Shown: positions 1 to 12,658 of the stretch, in pieces | Layout: each line of letters starts with the position of its first letter | Numbering within the stretch: position 1 is the first letter of the stretch | The notes under the pieces: model-generated | Told to the model about the DNA's origin: nothing | Database searches by the model: none | Seen by the model: only the letters and a program-made list of their open reading frames with translations | Assembly (NCBI RefSeq): GCF_006345805.1 | Contig: NC_043000.1 | Coordinates: 37,758,001 to 37,822,000 of the forward strand | Reading direction: 5' to 3' | DNA from: Octopus sinensis | Lineage: Eukaryota | Length of the DNA: 64,000 nucleotides | Position numbers and translations under genes: made by a program

Positions 1-624
1 CTTCAAGCCACTTGGCTTGATTTGCAACGGCATCCAACCGGGCTGGGTTGGCTCGGCTCAGCTCCGACCAACGAGTTCACCACGTTCCTCGCAAATGCCA
101 ATCACATCCGACAGTCGCCCATAACGTTCCTACAAGCAAAGTGAAGCTTCTGCTTGCGGCCCAAAAGTCCAGCTTGCAAATTTGACAAATACCCCACAGG
201 AAGAGCAAGCGTGTTGGATGGCGCGAACGCCGTAGTCGTAGATGTCATTCGCTGTTGAGGTGTAGAGATCACGTTCGTGATTTAGTGGGAACAGAAGTTC
301 ACATGTGGTCCCCAGTCACATGTATACCCACTTTGGGGATAATGTGCTTCATAGCAGCCCATCTTGAAGTCAATTATGAACCATTGCAGAGGACTCGCTG
401 ACCAAGTCACCGCTGATTATTGCAGCAGACGTAACCTGCGTTTAAAGCGGGTGGTACACATGCTAGCTAACCCATAGCTGGGACCCTAACTGGTGCTACT
501 ACTCCGGATCAACAATGGCTCAGAGGTGGTTCCATAATCCTTAAAACCCTGGAATCCTCGCACCAACACCCAACTATCGAATGCAGTTTAAAGTCTTACT
601 CAGGACTTTAAGCCGAGTCAACCA

Positions 625-730
625 ACAGGAGGCCTAGGGATAAACTAAGAAAAAGGTGGTTGGATGATAACCATAATTTCAATTGGCCACGCTTGGGAAT
701 GCAACCGGAAAGTGTCATGACTGTTGCTTC
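625..730 (+). mobile_element. Decayed RTE-like LINE 3' fragment
   Basis: Translates approximately RPRDKLRKRWLDDNHNFNWPRLGMQPESVM; homologous to the 9330-9620 fragment. Confidence 0.5.
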
Positions 731-999
731 ACTATCAAGATGATGTCCCTGAGTACTCTACAGAGAAATAGGTAGGCGAAGAAGAAGGAGGGATAGACGG
801 GTGGATGAATGAATGTAAAACAGAGGTGACTACACACAACAAATTGTCTGTAACGTTTTAGAGGGAGCGGGAGGCCTTACAGCCCTCTCTATAATGAAAT
901 TATGTACTAATTATGTACTACAGTTCTATGTTTAAGAAATGAGGAATTATTTACATTAATTACATTTGACGGATATTTGTCCTCATCTTGTTTGTTGTT

Positions 1000-1045
1000 A
1001 ACACAACGTTTCGGCTGATATACCCTCCAGCCTTCATCAGGTGTC
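1000..1045 (-). ncRNA. Minimal type I hammerhead ribozyme, intact core (family A)
   Basis: Reverse complement GACAC-CTGATGA-A-GGCTG(GAGGGTATAT)CAGCC-GAAAC-GT-T-GTGTT: stem I GACAC/GUGUU, 5-bp stem II, palindromic ACGU stem III, GUU cleavage triplet. Confidence 0.8.
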
Positions 1046-1092
1046 TTGGGGAAATTTTGAACCTGGGTTCTCATTCCTAAGGTATTTGTCAA

Positions 1093-1096
<4 letters not shown>

Positions 1097-1158
<62 letters not shown>
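1097..1158. repeat. (TAT)n microsatellite inside the SINE
   Basis: Direct reading. Confidence 0.95.
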
Positions 1159-1231
1159 CGGGTCACTGCCTGGAATCGAACTCGGAATCTTGGGGTTAGT
1201 AGCCCGCTCTCTTAACCACTACGCCATATAA

Positions 1232-1274
1232 CTGATGATGGCTGGAGGGTATATATCAACCGAAACGTTGTGTT
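1232..1274 (+). ncRNA. Degenerate hammerhead (family A), 5' stem I arm lost
   Basis: CTGATGA-T-GGCTG...CAACC-GAAACGTT-GTGTT; mismatch in stem II; upstream arm replaced by the SINE head junction. Confidence 0.55.
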
Positions 1275-1734
1275 AGCAACAAGCAAGATGAGGACAAATA
1301 TGGTCAAATGTAAATAATGTAATTATGTACTGTTGCAACCATTTATGAATCTTGGACGTGGTCGCTCGACTAGCTAGAACTACAACCAATGTTCTCTTTA
1401 GCTACAGTGTACTGTCTGTTAAAAAGGAAGGACATATTGGACAAGGGAGGTATCTATAATTAAAAAAAGAACATGATGGGATGGCCACAGATGGAATGCG
1501 TTTGATATACACCTACTCAGTTAGAACTGACCCTGGGCTAAACAGCAACGTCAAGATCAACACAACTGCACCCTCACCTCTTCTCATAGCCGAAAGTTTC
1601 ACTAACCCATAGCCCATACTTGTCAGGATGTAGGGCCTCATAAAAGATAGTTAAGTGCTTAACAAGTATTGTCTTATAAAATGATAGAAATCTTGGCCCC
1701 CTCAAAAGGAAGATTTAATATGCCTGATGTTTTT

Positions 1735-1905
1735 AGGTAGGATTTGTATGGCTAAATGGTTAAGGAGTTTACTTCGTAACAATGAGGTCTCAGTTTCGAT
1801 TCCATTGGGTGGCATCATGGACAAATGTCATTTTCTATAGCCTCGAGTCAACCCACGTCATGTGAATGAAAATCGGGTTGATGGAAACTGTACAGAAGCT
1901 CGTCT
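1735..1905 (+). mobile_element. Degenerate tRNA-derived CORE-like SINE (family A) head and body
   Basis: TGGCTAAATGGTTAAG A box, GTTTCGATTCC B box, body similar to 27011-27422. Confidence 0.6.
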
Positions 1906-2565
1906 GCTGGATTGCATCTGTTATTCAAAGAAACGTTCCAGCTTTGTCACATATGATATGTCAGTGAATTTGCTTCCTGATCAAGGAAATATTGAAAGGA
2001 AGGCACTGAGATACGAACTGTTGACTTTCTCTCTAGAATCTGACGTCATGTCACTATCAAGATGAACAACGTTTCCGCGACAATGAAGGACTCATTTGAT
2101 CCACTAGGATCTGCAGTTAAACCTAAACCAACTTATACCCTACTGCCGTAGTAATATGGGCGACTATACGAGATAAAGTCGTTCGACAGGATAGTCACGA
2201 TTTGAATGTCTGTCAAATGATGTCATCGCCATTTGGGACAACATTTCTATAGATCACAGTCAGAAAACTGGTCGAATTTTTGCTTGCGATATGTCTGTCC
2301 TTCTAGAATCGACCTGGGGGCCACACAACGTTTACAACGAGAATTCCGGTAAGCTAAACAGGGAGCTTGTGCATGGTTGCTCGGCCTATCAGAAATAGCA
2401 GCCAAATCTCTCTTAAATCATTCCCTATCCGTCTTAAACGATGAAGGAATATGTCAGACGATTTAGTTCTACAAATCCCAAATAGACGAGAGGATCACGG
2501 CGCTAGAATACCTTCGATCATCAATTTGCACGATGAGAGCTGATCGCGATTGTGGGTGGGAGGGT

Positions 2566-2566
<1 letters not shown>

Positions 2567-2647
<81 letters not shown>

Positions 2648-2660
2648 GCTGTTGCTGTTT

Positions 2661-2696
<36 letters not shown>

Positions 2697-2718
2697 TACT
2701 ACTACTACTACTACTAAA
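2567..2718. repeat. Compound (TAC)n(TGC)n(TAC)n microsatellite
   Basis: Direct reading; source of the poly-Y/T/C/V ORFs. Confidence 0.95.
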
Positions 2719-2875
2719 CTTTGATATTTCAGTTAATTTAGAAACACCAAGGTAAATTGAATCGGTGGTAGAAGGGAAAAAATCTGCGAGGCAAAGGAGG
2801 AAATATGGAGAATAGGAGTAAGGCACCAAACAGAGGAATTCTTTGCTTTCTTATTTGAAAGGTCGTCTCTTAATT

Positions 2876-3270
2876 GTTTCAGTCACTGTACCGCGGTCAT
2901 GCTGGGGCACCGCCATGAAGGATCCAAGTGCAATATTTCGATGCCAATATTTACTTTTGTTCTAAATTTGACATTCATTTCATCGTTCTCTTCAGTCGAA
3001 CTAGATTACAGGGACGCAAACAAAATATCACCGGTTGTCAAGCGGGGTTGAGAGACCAAACAACGACACACACACACACACACACACCACACACACACAC
3101 ACATACACACACACGATCTTCCACACTATTTTTATCTGCCATATTCACTCACAAAGCATCAGTCGGCCCGGGGCTTTAGTTGAAGAAATATGCCCAAGGT
3201 GCCGCGTAGTGGGACTGAACCCCAAGGCATGTAGTTTCAAAGCGAACTACTTAACACTGTAGCCATGCTT
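2876..3270 (-). mobile_element. tRNA-derived CORE-like SINE (family A)
   Basis: CCCAAGGTGCC core, internal (CA)n, tail GGCGGTGCCCCAGCATGACCGCG on the minus strand. Confidence 0.75.
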
Positions 3271-5076
3271 AAATATTTAAACGCAGATATAAGTAGAATT
3301 CGAACCCGTTCTGTTTAGGCTTGAAAGACTATCAGATTTATTAATTCGATTCCACGAAATCTCTGCAAAAGACAATTAGCTGGTAATTTCGAGTGTTTTA
3401 GAGAAATAAATGTGAAACGTTGTGTGAAGAGGAATGAAGATATTTTCATACGTTCATAACAGCATTTGTGTAATATTTGTATAATGAAGGGGCAAGCTGG
3501 TTTATTAACGAGGGGGAGGGAGAGAAAGAGGGAGTGAGAGTGGGGAAGAGGGAAAGAGAGAGAGAGAGAGAGAGAGAGATGGGTTTTGAGATGGTAGTGC
3601 AGTAGTAATACGTTGTTAAAAGGGGGAGAGCGGGAGAGCAGGAGAGGCGGGGATTTGAAAAATATGAGAAAGAACAAAAGCACGAGAAGGGAATGAATGA
3701 CGAAGATGAAGAAGATGAAGAAGAAGGAGAAAGTGAAGGATGGTGTTGCTTAAGCAAAGCGAGAGTGCTTACATAAATGTTAACCTAATTAAGAGGAGAG
3801 CTGGAAACATGAATTTGATGAGAGGCGAAATGTAGCTGTTGTTCTATAGAAGGAAGACAAGTAGCTTCTAATGTCAGGGAATGGTCGGGTAGGAAGGGGA
3901 AGGGTGTAAAGAGAGAGAGAAAGAGAGAGAGATAGAATGAGAGAGAGAGACAGAGAGAGAAAGGGAGGGTCAACGCAGAATTTTATAAATATAGAGAAAT
4001 ATTACACAGAAGAAAGAATGAAACGAAAAGAGCGATGTAGTGAGAGCAGAAAGAGAGGAAAAGAGAGAAAGAAAGAGTGAGAGAGAGAGAGAGAGAGAAA
4101 GAAGGAAAAAAGGAGAGAGAGAGAAGAGGGAAAGAGTGAAAGAAATGTGAGAGTGGGGGTGCGATTCCTTTAAAGGAAAAAGTTTATATCTCTAGTTGTT
4201 ATACATACATACATATATGTGTGTGTGTATGTGTGTGTGTATGTGTGTGTGTATGTGTGTGTATGCGTGTGTGTGTGTGTGTGTGTGTTGAATATGTATA
4301 TCTGTGGCGGGGTGGAAAGAGACGAAGGATGGTGAATATCGATTAGGAAGAATCGATATCTCTTTTATTATTGATATCGTTGTTATATGGAAGTACGGAA
4401 GGAAATATGGCAATGAAATGTAGATTAAATCAATTATACAGCATTAATGAGAACCTTTATTGCCTTGTTTTAGAAAACAACAACAAAAGAGGCGAAACAA
4501 TGACCAACTCGAATTGTTGTAAAGGAAACAGAGATGAAATCGAATTTCTCTGCGAAACATTACCGCTAACTTGATTGACACGCTGAACTGATGAGGGAAC
4601 AGATATTAGGCTTTGTATTCCGATCGGTGAATTGGCATGCAATCAACTAAAAAAAGGTCACAAGGAAGGCTAAATACAGAGAGACAGAATCCCAACGGGT
4701 CAGATTTTCTCAATGGAAATGGTTATACATCTAAACTAAACTAGCAGAATGGTTTCTTTTCTTTGAGTTATTGTATTCGCTATGGACAGAACAAATGATG
4801 GAATATTTGGTCTGTGGTTTCTTTATGTAGTGTTAAAAGATTTTATATTGATATTATCGTGGTGGTTCACTAACAGAAATTTGATTGGATGGAAGTCTTT
4901 CTGTCAAGGTTTCAAACTTCACCGAGGAAAATATAATTTTTCTTTTTCTTCTCTTACCTGTTTCAGTTATTGGACTGCGGCTATTCTGTGGCACCGCCTT
5001 AAAGGGTTTCGTCGAAAAGGCAATCACAATATTCATTTTTTTAAAGTCTGATATTTATTCTATCGTTTTACTTTTG

Positions 5077-5298
5077 GCGAAGCCCTTAGTTACGGGATCG
5101 TAAATAAGTCAATATCGGCTATCAGGTGATGGTGGTGGATAACATACACATATATGACGGGTTTCCCCACGGTTTCCGTCTCCCAAATTCCTTCACAAGG
5201 CATTAGTCGGCACGGGGTTATATTAAAAAACAGTTGCCCCGGGTGCCGCGTAATGGGGTTGAAATCCTATATCAGTGCTTCTTAACTATGGAACCATG
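5077..5298 (-). mobile_element. Degenerate SINE family A
   Basis: Similar to the other family A copies (GTTTCCGTC...CACAAGGC...GGTGCCGCG). Confidence 0.6.
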
Positions 5299-6824
5299 GT
5301 TGATCCTAATAGGAGACTATTTATTTTACGGAAATATTATTTTTCTGAAATACGACTGTCTTAGATTTCTATAACAGATTCATGAGATTACGAAAATCAC
5401 GAAGTTGATAATTGACCCCTAAATGAACGCTGCATCAGAAGACATACGTTGAAAAACCTAGCCATGGCCATCTTGTCATTGTTTTTAACACACAGTATCC
5501 AGGACATCCTTTATTTGTGAAAAGGCAGGGTGTGATAGGGGAAAGATTTGGCTGCTATTTTCAACAGGTTGACTCACAAAGTTTATTGGTTGCTAAAAGG
5601 CAAAATCAGGAATAGGTATATAGGTTTCAACAGGAATCGAAACTGAATCAAGATATTCCTCTTCAATAATAGATATACTCTCTCATTGTATCTCCGTCTG
5701 TTTGTCTGTTTGCCTCTGTCTCTCTCTCTGTTTCTCTCTCTGACTGTCTCTGTCTGTCCATCTCTCCCTCCTCTCCTCCGCTCTTCTCTCTCACCAATAT
5801 ATGGCCGATCATGTTTTCATGTATCTTAGAAAAGATACACCAGTCATTCCACTTTTTTACCGGTTTCATTTACAATTTCCTCCGTTAGTCTCCTACACTC
5901 CAGAGTTCAATTTTACCCTTCAATATGGAGACTGGTGCATGTGATATCAGGGCACATTTCCATCCCAGTGGGCGTGTGTGATGTATGTCTAGGGATCAAT
6001 TCTTTTCCGAGTTTTGATTGTCTTAGTCATAGGGCTATCGTCTGCTATTTGGCTCATAACAATCCCTTGACAGGTGGGATCACCTAGTACCAGGGACCAG
6101 AACAGGAATGAAAGTAGTAGCGATTAAGGAGTATTTTCATATATTCTCCTCAACTTCTGAGCTCTCGATCCAGAACTTCGCCACTGGGCAAAGTTTAATA
6201 TCTTGTCCTCGACATTAGGAATAAGAAAATGCTGTGTTTTTGACTGGAGATAAAACCTGTTATATTAATTGCCGGCAAGACCACAGTCATTCGTTTTGCG
6301 ACCATAATATGCTACCACGTATATTAAAGGTCTGCATGTCAATATTGCGTCTTACCCTGTGTTAGCAGTGCGGTGTTTCTATTTCTAAGTTTATCTCTAC
6401 TGATTTTGTATGGAATTCAGAGCCAGTAGTGTGAGGTACGATGTTTCGTAAACAAATACGTCTAAGTAAACAATGCAATCGAAGATAGAAAATGAAATAC
6501 ATTACGGGTGTATGTTGTGTTTTGAAGTGAAATAGTGAAGGCTTGTCTCAAATAAGTCTTTCTCGACCAAAGCAGCTCACAAAGTGATTGATATCAATTT
6601 CCTCAGGAGAAGAGGAGAGGTGTGGAGTTTCAGTTAGGATCCTACATACCCAAAGCATCAGCTGTCGTTTCTTCCTCTCGATCAACCAATACATTCTAGA
6701 AAATTACTATATTTTTTTAAATCTCACAAAGAGAGATATTCAATAGATCAGTGACTAGTTGTCACTTTGAAAACTATATATTTCGAACGGGAATTTGTCA
6801 GCGCCTCATCTAGCCGAACAATTA

Positions 6825-6870
6825 GTCTGTGCTGATGAAGGAAATAACCCGGAAATCGCGATACACAGAT
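6825..6870 (+). ncRNA. Type I hammerhead candidate (family B)
   Basis: GTCTGTG-CTGATGA-AGGAAATAACCCG-GAA-ATCGCGAT-A-CACAGAT: 7-bp stem I, palindromic 8-nt stem III, weak stem II. Confidence 0.6.
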
Positions 6871-7252
6871 ATTGTTTTGAACTGAGTGGGGGTGCTAGAT
6901 TTCCTTGTTCGAAAATATAAGTACACAAATCGTGTCGTACAGCCAGCTGGAGACGATGTCTCCTGGGGCTAATTTACAGCAACATTCGTCCTAAACCAGG
7001 ACTGCCATGTTATATTGGCAAACAATCTTTACTATAATATATTCTAATTTGCGAAGTTCTTACATGGCTAGGATCAGAAACTAATGTCTCTGCAACACCT
7101 AAGATGTCAGTGACCCATTTCGTACTGAGCAATACAGGTTCATATCGTTGTTTGCTGTTTGAAGGCTTTTAATTTTATAACTTGTTCAGACTTCACCCTC
7201 CTTTCTTCGATATTCTTTTCAAATATATTTTAATTAACAGATATTTTCTATT

Positions 7253-7632
7253 TATCTTTTACTTGTCTCAGTCATTAGACTGCCGCCAGGCTGAAGCACC
7301 GCCTTGGAGAGTCTTTAGTCGAATAAATCGATCTTAGTACTTATATTTTTTAGAGCTTGGGACTTATTCTATCAGTTTCTTCCGCTAAACTGCTAAGTTG
7401 CGGGGGCGCAAGCACACTAAAACCGGTTGTCAAGCGGGGAACAAACACACACACGCACCCACATACATATACATACGACAGTCTCTCAGTTTCCGTCTAC
7501 AAAATCTGCTCAGAAGAATTTAATCGGACCGAGGCTATAGTCGCAGACATTTGTCCAAGGTGCCAAGCAGTAGGACTTGAATCCAGAAACATGTGGCTGG
7601 GAAGCAAGCTTCGTGCTGCAGAACCACACCTG
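7253..7632 (-). mobile_element. SINE family A
   Basis: Full-length similarity to 27011-27422 in reverse orientation. Confidence 0.8.
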
Positions 7633-8084
7633 ATTGTATAAAGTTGTTGACATTTTGTATACAGTTAAACTGAAACAATACTCTCTATACCACCAATTAA
7701 ATCTACATAACCTCGACAGACATCGCGTCCCTTATATTTTTACAATGAAGATGCGTGGTTAGAATGTTAGGCTCAATATCGCAATGTCGTGAGTTCTATT
7801 CCTGGAACGGGTAGCATGTTGTGCCATTGATCAAAGCACTTCCATATTGCACTGGTCTGTTCAGCTGAATGCTGGTGCAGCCCTCTCTACTTCTGGCTAT
7901 TACTTACACCATGTTCTATTGTGTGAAGAGTACGTGGATAGAAAGGTGGGGCACGACGTCCTTTGGCAACCGTGTACAAACATGAAACAACCAGAGAAAT
8001 TGTTGTACAAGCTACTATGTCATGCTTACTTGCGATTGACGGATAGCCGTATATTATAGATATCATTTGGTATTGTTTGTTGTT

Positions 8085-8130
8085 AGCACAACATTTCGGC
8101 TGATATACCCTCCAGCCTTTATCAGGTGTC
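8085..8130 (-). ncRNA. Degenerate hammerhead (family A; core CUGAUAA, GAAAU)
   Basis: Reverse complement GACAC-CTGATAA-A-GGCTG...CAGCC-GAAATGTT-GTGCT. Confidence 0.55.
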
Positions 8131-8207
8131 TTGGGGAAATTTCGAACCTGGGTTCTCATTCCTAAGGTATTATACGAAATTGTTGTTGTTGTTGTCATCG
8201 TCATCAC

Positions 8208-8273
<66 letters not shown>

Positions 8274-8275
8274 TA

Positions 8276-8330
<55 letters not shown>

Positions 8331-8408
8331 GCCCACGGGCATATGGGCGTAGTGGTTAAGAACGCAGGCAACTAACCCTGAGATTCCGAGTTCGATTCCA
8401 AGCAGTGA

Positions 8409-8557
<149 letters not shown>

Positions 8558-8604
8558 TCGAAAAATACCTTAGGAATGAGAAACCAGGTTCGAAATTTCC
8601 CCAA

Positions 8605-8650
8605 GACACCTGATGAAAGCTGGAGGGTATATCAGCCGAAACGTTGTGTT
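8605..8650 (+). ncRNA. Type I hammerhead (family A), intact core
   Basis: GACAC-CTGATGA-A-AGCTG(GAGGGTATAT)CAGCC-GAAAC-GT-T-GTGTT; one mismatch at the base of stem II. Confidence 0.72.
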
Positions 8651-9329
8651 AACAAAGAAGATGAGGACAAATATCCGTCAAATGTAAATAATGTAAATAA
8701 TGTATATATACATAACTTGGATCTAGGGTAGAAACCGGCTCTTTCTCTATTAGCAAGAAATATTGAAATAAAGCTGAACACTGATACATACATAAATACA
8801 TACATGCATATATACATACATAAATACATACATATATACACACATGAATACATAGTGGATGCATGTGTGCGTGCGTGTGCATGTGAGTGTGTGTGTATGT
8901 ATGAGTGTGACAAGAAAATAAGCAAAGAGAAATAACTTACAGGGATGCGAGGCATGTACTTGGAATGATAAATAAAATAAAACAAAAGAAATAATAATAT
9001 ATTAAGAACCTAAGAAAATAGGTTTGTAATTTATGGTATTATATCGAAGAAGGTAGCACAATCGCATGGTGGCATTTGGGACCAAATCCAAGTGAAATAT
9101 AGGAGATAATCCGAAGTAAAACAGTTCTCAAAGCTTGACATGCCTGACAAGTGGACAGCTATGAAGGGATGTTTCTGCATCAATTAGCGTCATCAGCAAA
9201 GCAGCTTTTCGATTCATCAGAATGAAAACTTTTCACAGAAATTGAAAGGTGTAGAAAACATTTATGGCATCTATAATTTAGATAAATGAAAGGAAATGCA
9301 ATTTCTCTGGAGTTTCTCTGGAGTAAAGT

Positions 9330-9620
9330 TATTCAACAAGGTTTGTAGAGTTGAAGATCCGGGTGTCTCCTCGGGTCGAGCTGCTACTTCGCGTCGAAAG
9401 GTCACAACGCCGGTATCACGGACATGTGGTAAGAAGTCGGCGGAGAGATTCGCAAAACGAGTTCATCAAGTTGGTCCGGTCGGTAGCAGAACTAGGAGTA
9501 GGCCACGAGCAAGATGGCTGGATGATATATATAATTTCAGTTGGCCATGCTTAGAAATCCAGCCGTAAAGTGTAATGGAGCTTGCTGCTAAAAGAATCCA
9601 TACGAGGAGATGGTTAAGGA
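9330..9620 (+). mobile_element. Decayed RTE-like LINE 3' fragment
   Basis: Frames give QRRYHGHVVR and RPRARWLDDIYNFSWP, similar to RTE C-termini. Confidence 0.55.
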
Positions 9621-9816
9621 CTCTGTAGTTTGATAGTAGGTGATCTACTTCTAGCATATGGCTGTCCACAGTGGTTTTTTAGCCCTTTAAATATACACAT
9701 GTATTAGAATTTTCTCTGACTTTTCATATTTTTGTATGCTAGGCTACTGGTTTTAAATTGATATTAATTAGATTAATATTCAATTTATCTCCCTCATTAT
9801 TTAATTATATATATAT

Positions 9817-9852
<36 letters not shown>

Positions 9853-9952
9853 ACGTAAAGTATACCAGCCATCTTAATATGGCTAACCACTAGGGGTGGG
9901 GGTGTTACTGTAGCTTTTTAGCCCCAGGAGATCATCGTCTCCAGCTGTGCCC

Positions 9953-10006
<54 letters not shown>

Positions 10007-10513
10007 TATATATATTTACATACCTGTCTGTCTGTCTATTTCATCTATAGACACACAAATATATATGTGCGTATATATACATATACATACATATATATAG
10101 GTGAGTGAAGTTAGAGGTTATAACAACCATCCAAGGGATACTTGTTTCCATTGAATCGCAGTGGGTCAGTGTTTGGCATGAATTGATTGTCACCGTTCTC
10201 ACTTTCTCTTTTTTGCTATTGCTTCTATTTTATTTACTTTTCTGCTCTGATGAAGTATTGCGATTCAAATTAGTATAAGTAATTACTTAGAATGATAACT
10301 ATTATTATTATTATGGTAGTTAAGCCTTGGAATTACTCTAGCAGAAAGAGCTGTAAGTTGAGATTCTGTGTTTTTGTAATTAATTAATAAAGGATAATTG
10401 ATGTAAATCAATTGTTATTCATCAATTTTTCTCCATTTACTTATTTCCTGACACAAACACACACGTACACACACACACATACACGCACACACACACACAC
10501 ACGCGCGCGTGCA

Positions 10514-10565
10514 TAGGCGCAGGAGTGACTATGTATTTGGTAGACGGAAACTGAAAGTAGCCCGT

Positions 10566-10651
<86 letters not shown>

Positions 10652-10862
10652 GTGTGTATATGTTTCTGTGTCTGTGCTTGTCCCTCCAACATCGCATCCA
10701 ACACCTATGCTGGTGTGTTTACGTCCCCGTAGCCTATCGGTACAGCAAAAGCGACCGCTAGCATAAGTACTAGGCATACAAAGAATAAGTCCTGGGGGCG
10801 ATTTGCTCGACTAAAAATGGTGCTCGAGCATGGCCGCTGTCAAATGAGTGAAACAAGTAAAT
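10514..10862 (+). mobile_element. SINE family A, head partly deleted, internal (TA)n
   Basis: ATTTGGTAGACGGAAACTG...GGTGCTCGAGCATGGCCGC...GAAACAAGTAA. Confidence 0.8.
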
Positions 10863-10864
10863 GA

Positions 10865-10912
<48 letters not shown>

Positions 10913-10914
<2 letters not shown>

Positions 10915-10941
10915 TAGCAGAGATACCCGGCGTTGCCCGGT
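10913..10941 (+). mobile_element. Helitron/Helentron-like terminus
   Basis: ACTAGCAGAGATACCCGGCGTTGCCCGG next to (TA)n; resembles non-autonomous Helitron-like ends recalled from memory. Confidence 0.35.
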
Positions 10942-11289
10942 TACATTCAATTGAAGAATTAGACTTTTCTGTTATATTTTCTGAATGAACTGGAATATCT
11001 ATGTTTCGAATTTCCTCAAAATTGCAGATGAGGGTTATTTCCCTCTTTACACACCCTAAAAAAATTGTAATCGTACCACATTTAAACGAAAAGACGAATG
11101 ATCGCAATAAGCAGTCAGTTACCCTACCCTAGTCGTTACCACTCCCAATGTAGGATTGCTCACCATCCAGGTGACAGGAACATTATTACGAATCTATGGG
11201 TTTTATTTCTTGTCTCTCTGAGTTCTTCGAGTGACTTTATAGAAGAATCACTCTTGTATTACATCAGAGCTGCACGCTTTGTTTCGATA

Positions 11290-11795
11290 ACTGTTTCAGG
11301 CACTGAACAAAATCTGGGTTTTGCCTTTCTCTCATGCCGAAAGTATCTATTAATGTGGTATACAAAGCTTCCCTGATATAATTCCACCTACTTTCAGCAG
11401 AAATGGTTGGGCAGCTACTGAGGACAACTTTGATAGCGACAGCAAAACATTGTCGCAGTGTGGGGTCGGAGGTTCTGGCAGTGTTAATGCGTGGTTGGCC
11501 CATTTTCTTGGAGTGATGGACTTTTTAGGCAGAATCCTCACCCTGCTTCTTATTAGTGAATGATCTGTGTCACAATCCGCGCTGTGGTAACTACGAGTCA
11601 GTTGAACAGAATTCAGAAAGGGTCTTCGTGTAATGACGAGATCCAGTTGATGCCAGTGGCGAGATCTTGGATGTCTCCAAGATGCCTTATTGAATGTCTT
11701 GTTGGCAAAGAATGTGTTAGTGATGCACAGGTTATGGTATGTGCAACATTCAAGTAGGCTCTGGCCATTGTCATTCATGTTGCCAATACCAAGGC
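11290..11795 (-). mobile_element. RTE-clade LINE fragment (APE endonuclease C-terminus and linker)
   Basis: GNMNDNGQSLLECC...ITNTFF...SWRHPRSRHWHQLDLVI...HSADCDTDHSL. Confidence 0.85.
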
Positions 11796-11861
11796 ACATA
11801 CACTTACATATATACATACATACATATACGATTGATTTGTTTCAGTTCCTGTCTACGAAAT

Positions 11862-11902
<41 letters not shown>

Positions 11903-12658
11903 TGCATACACACACATACATACATATATATTTAGAATTTACAAAAGAAACGAACAAAAGACGAAGACGGGTGTGTAAACAGCAAACAGGTTTATTAGTT
12001 TAACGCTCCGGACTTAGGAAAATTTATATAGGGAGTACTACTGATTTTATAAATAGATAGAGGGGACACAAGAATTCATTTATTCACCCCTATATAAAAA
12101 ATTACAGACATTTTAGTATGTTGTAAGCATAAATATTTAGCGTCTTATAATTTTCTTAAACTTTAAAATATAATTTTTAAGAAAAAAACGCTTTTTGAAA
12201 ATACGGTCCAATTAGATCATTAGATCCAATGAACACTTATGCACAAACCTGTAATCTTAAATTATTTTTTTTATAGTAGTATCAGTACAGACTGGAACAT
12301 GCTCATTGGCTATTATTTGCATGGTTAACTAAAGTTAACCTTTCAAAGATTTTCATTTCTTATTTAAACGTGGTAATCCTCTTAGAAAATCTGCAGAACC
12401 TAATATGATGCTGTCACTTATTCATCGATACTAAAAAACTGAACTTTCACCAACTGAATACTCACCATGTAGTGCCTTAATGCTGTTTGCTGGATTTTAC
12501 CTCGAGAAAGGAACCCCGAGGAAGGAGGGCTGAATTTCGAATACTTCGTACAACCACTTTTCTGAAACGGCTGCAGGTTAGGAAAACAATTTTTATCGCC
12601 TCATTCAATTTAGGTTTTTATTTTTCATGTTTATATTCGTATTTCATTGTTATGCTTA

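Larger units (their letters stand above)
920..1320 (-). mobile_element. tRNA-headed hammerhead SINE, copy 1, with 5' inverted copy of its tail
   Basis: Minus strand: tRNA-like head 1229-1161 (A box TGGCGTAGTGG, B box GAGTTCGATTCC), (AAT)n, tail with HHR; inverted tail fragment 1232-1320; direct repeat AATTATGTACT at 909-919 and 1321-1331. Confidence 0.8.

Noticed and set aside
1-620. GC-richer stretch checked for an HDV-like ribozyme or LINE 5' UTR
   Set aside because: Could not build the P1/P2/P3 nested pseudoknot by eye; left unassigned
2521-2829. Homopolymeric amino-acid ORFs here and at 7887-8609, 17751-18735, 33359-33690, 35947-36525, 41641-43640, 48391-48959 and 50527-50898
   Set aside because: Translations of di- and trinucleotide microsatellites with no protein-like content
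4588-4635. CTGATGA followed by a GGAA/TTCC hairpin
   Set aside because: No GAAA or UH after stem II
9165-9225. Two minus-strand CTGATGA motifs with nearby GAAA
   Set aside because: Stem I cannot form and stem II is too short or mismatched
10247-10300. CTGATGA core-like motif
   Set aside because: No downstream GAAA or stem III
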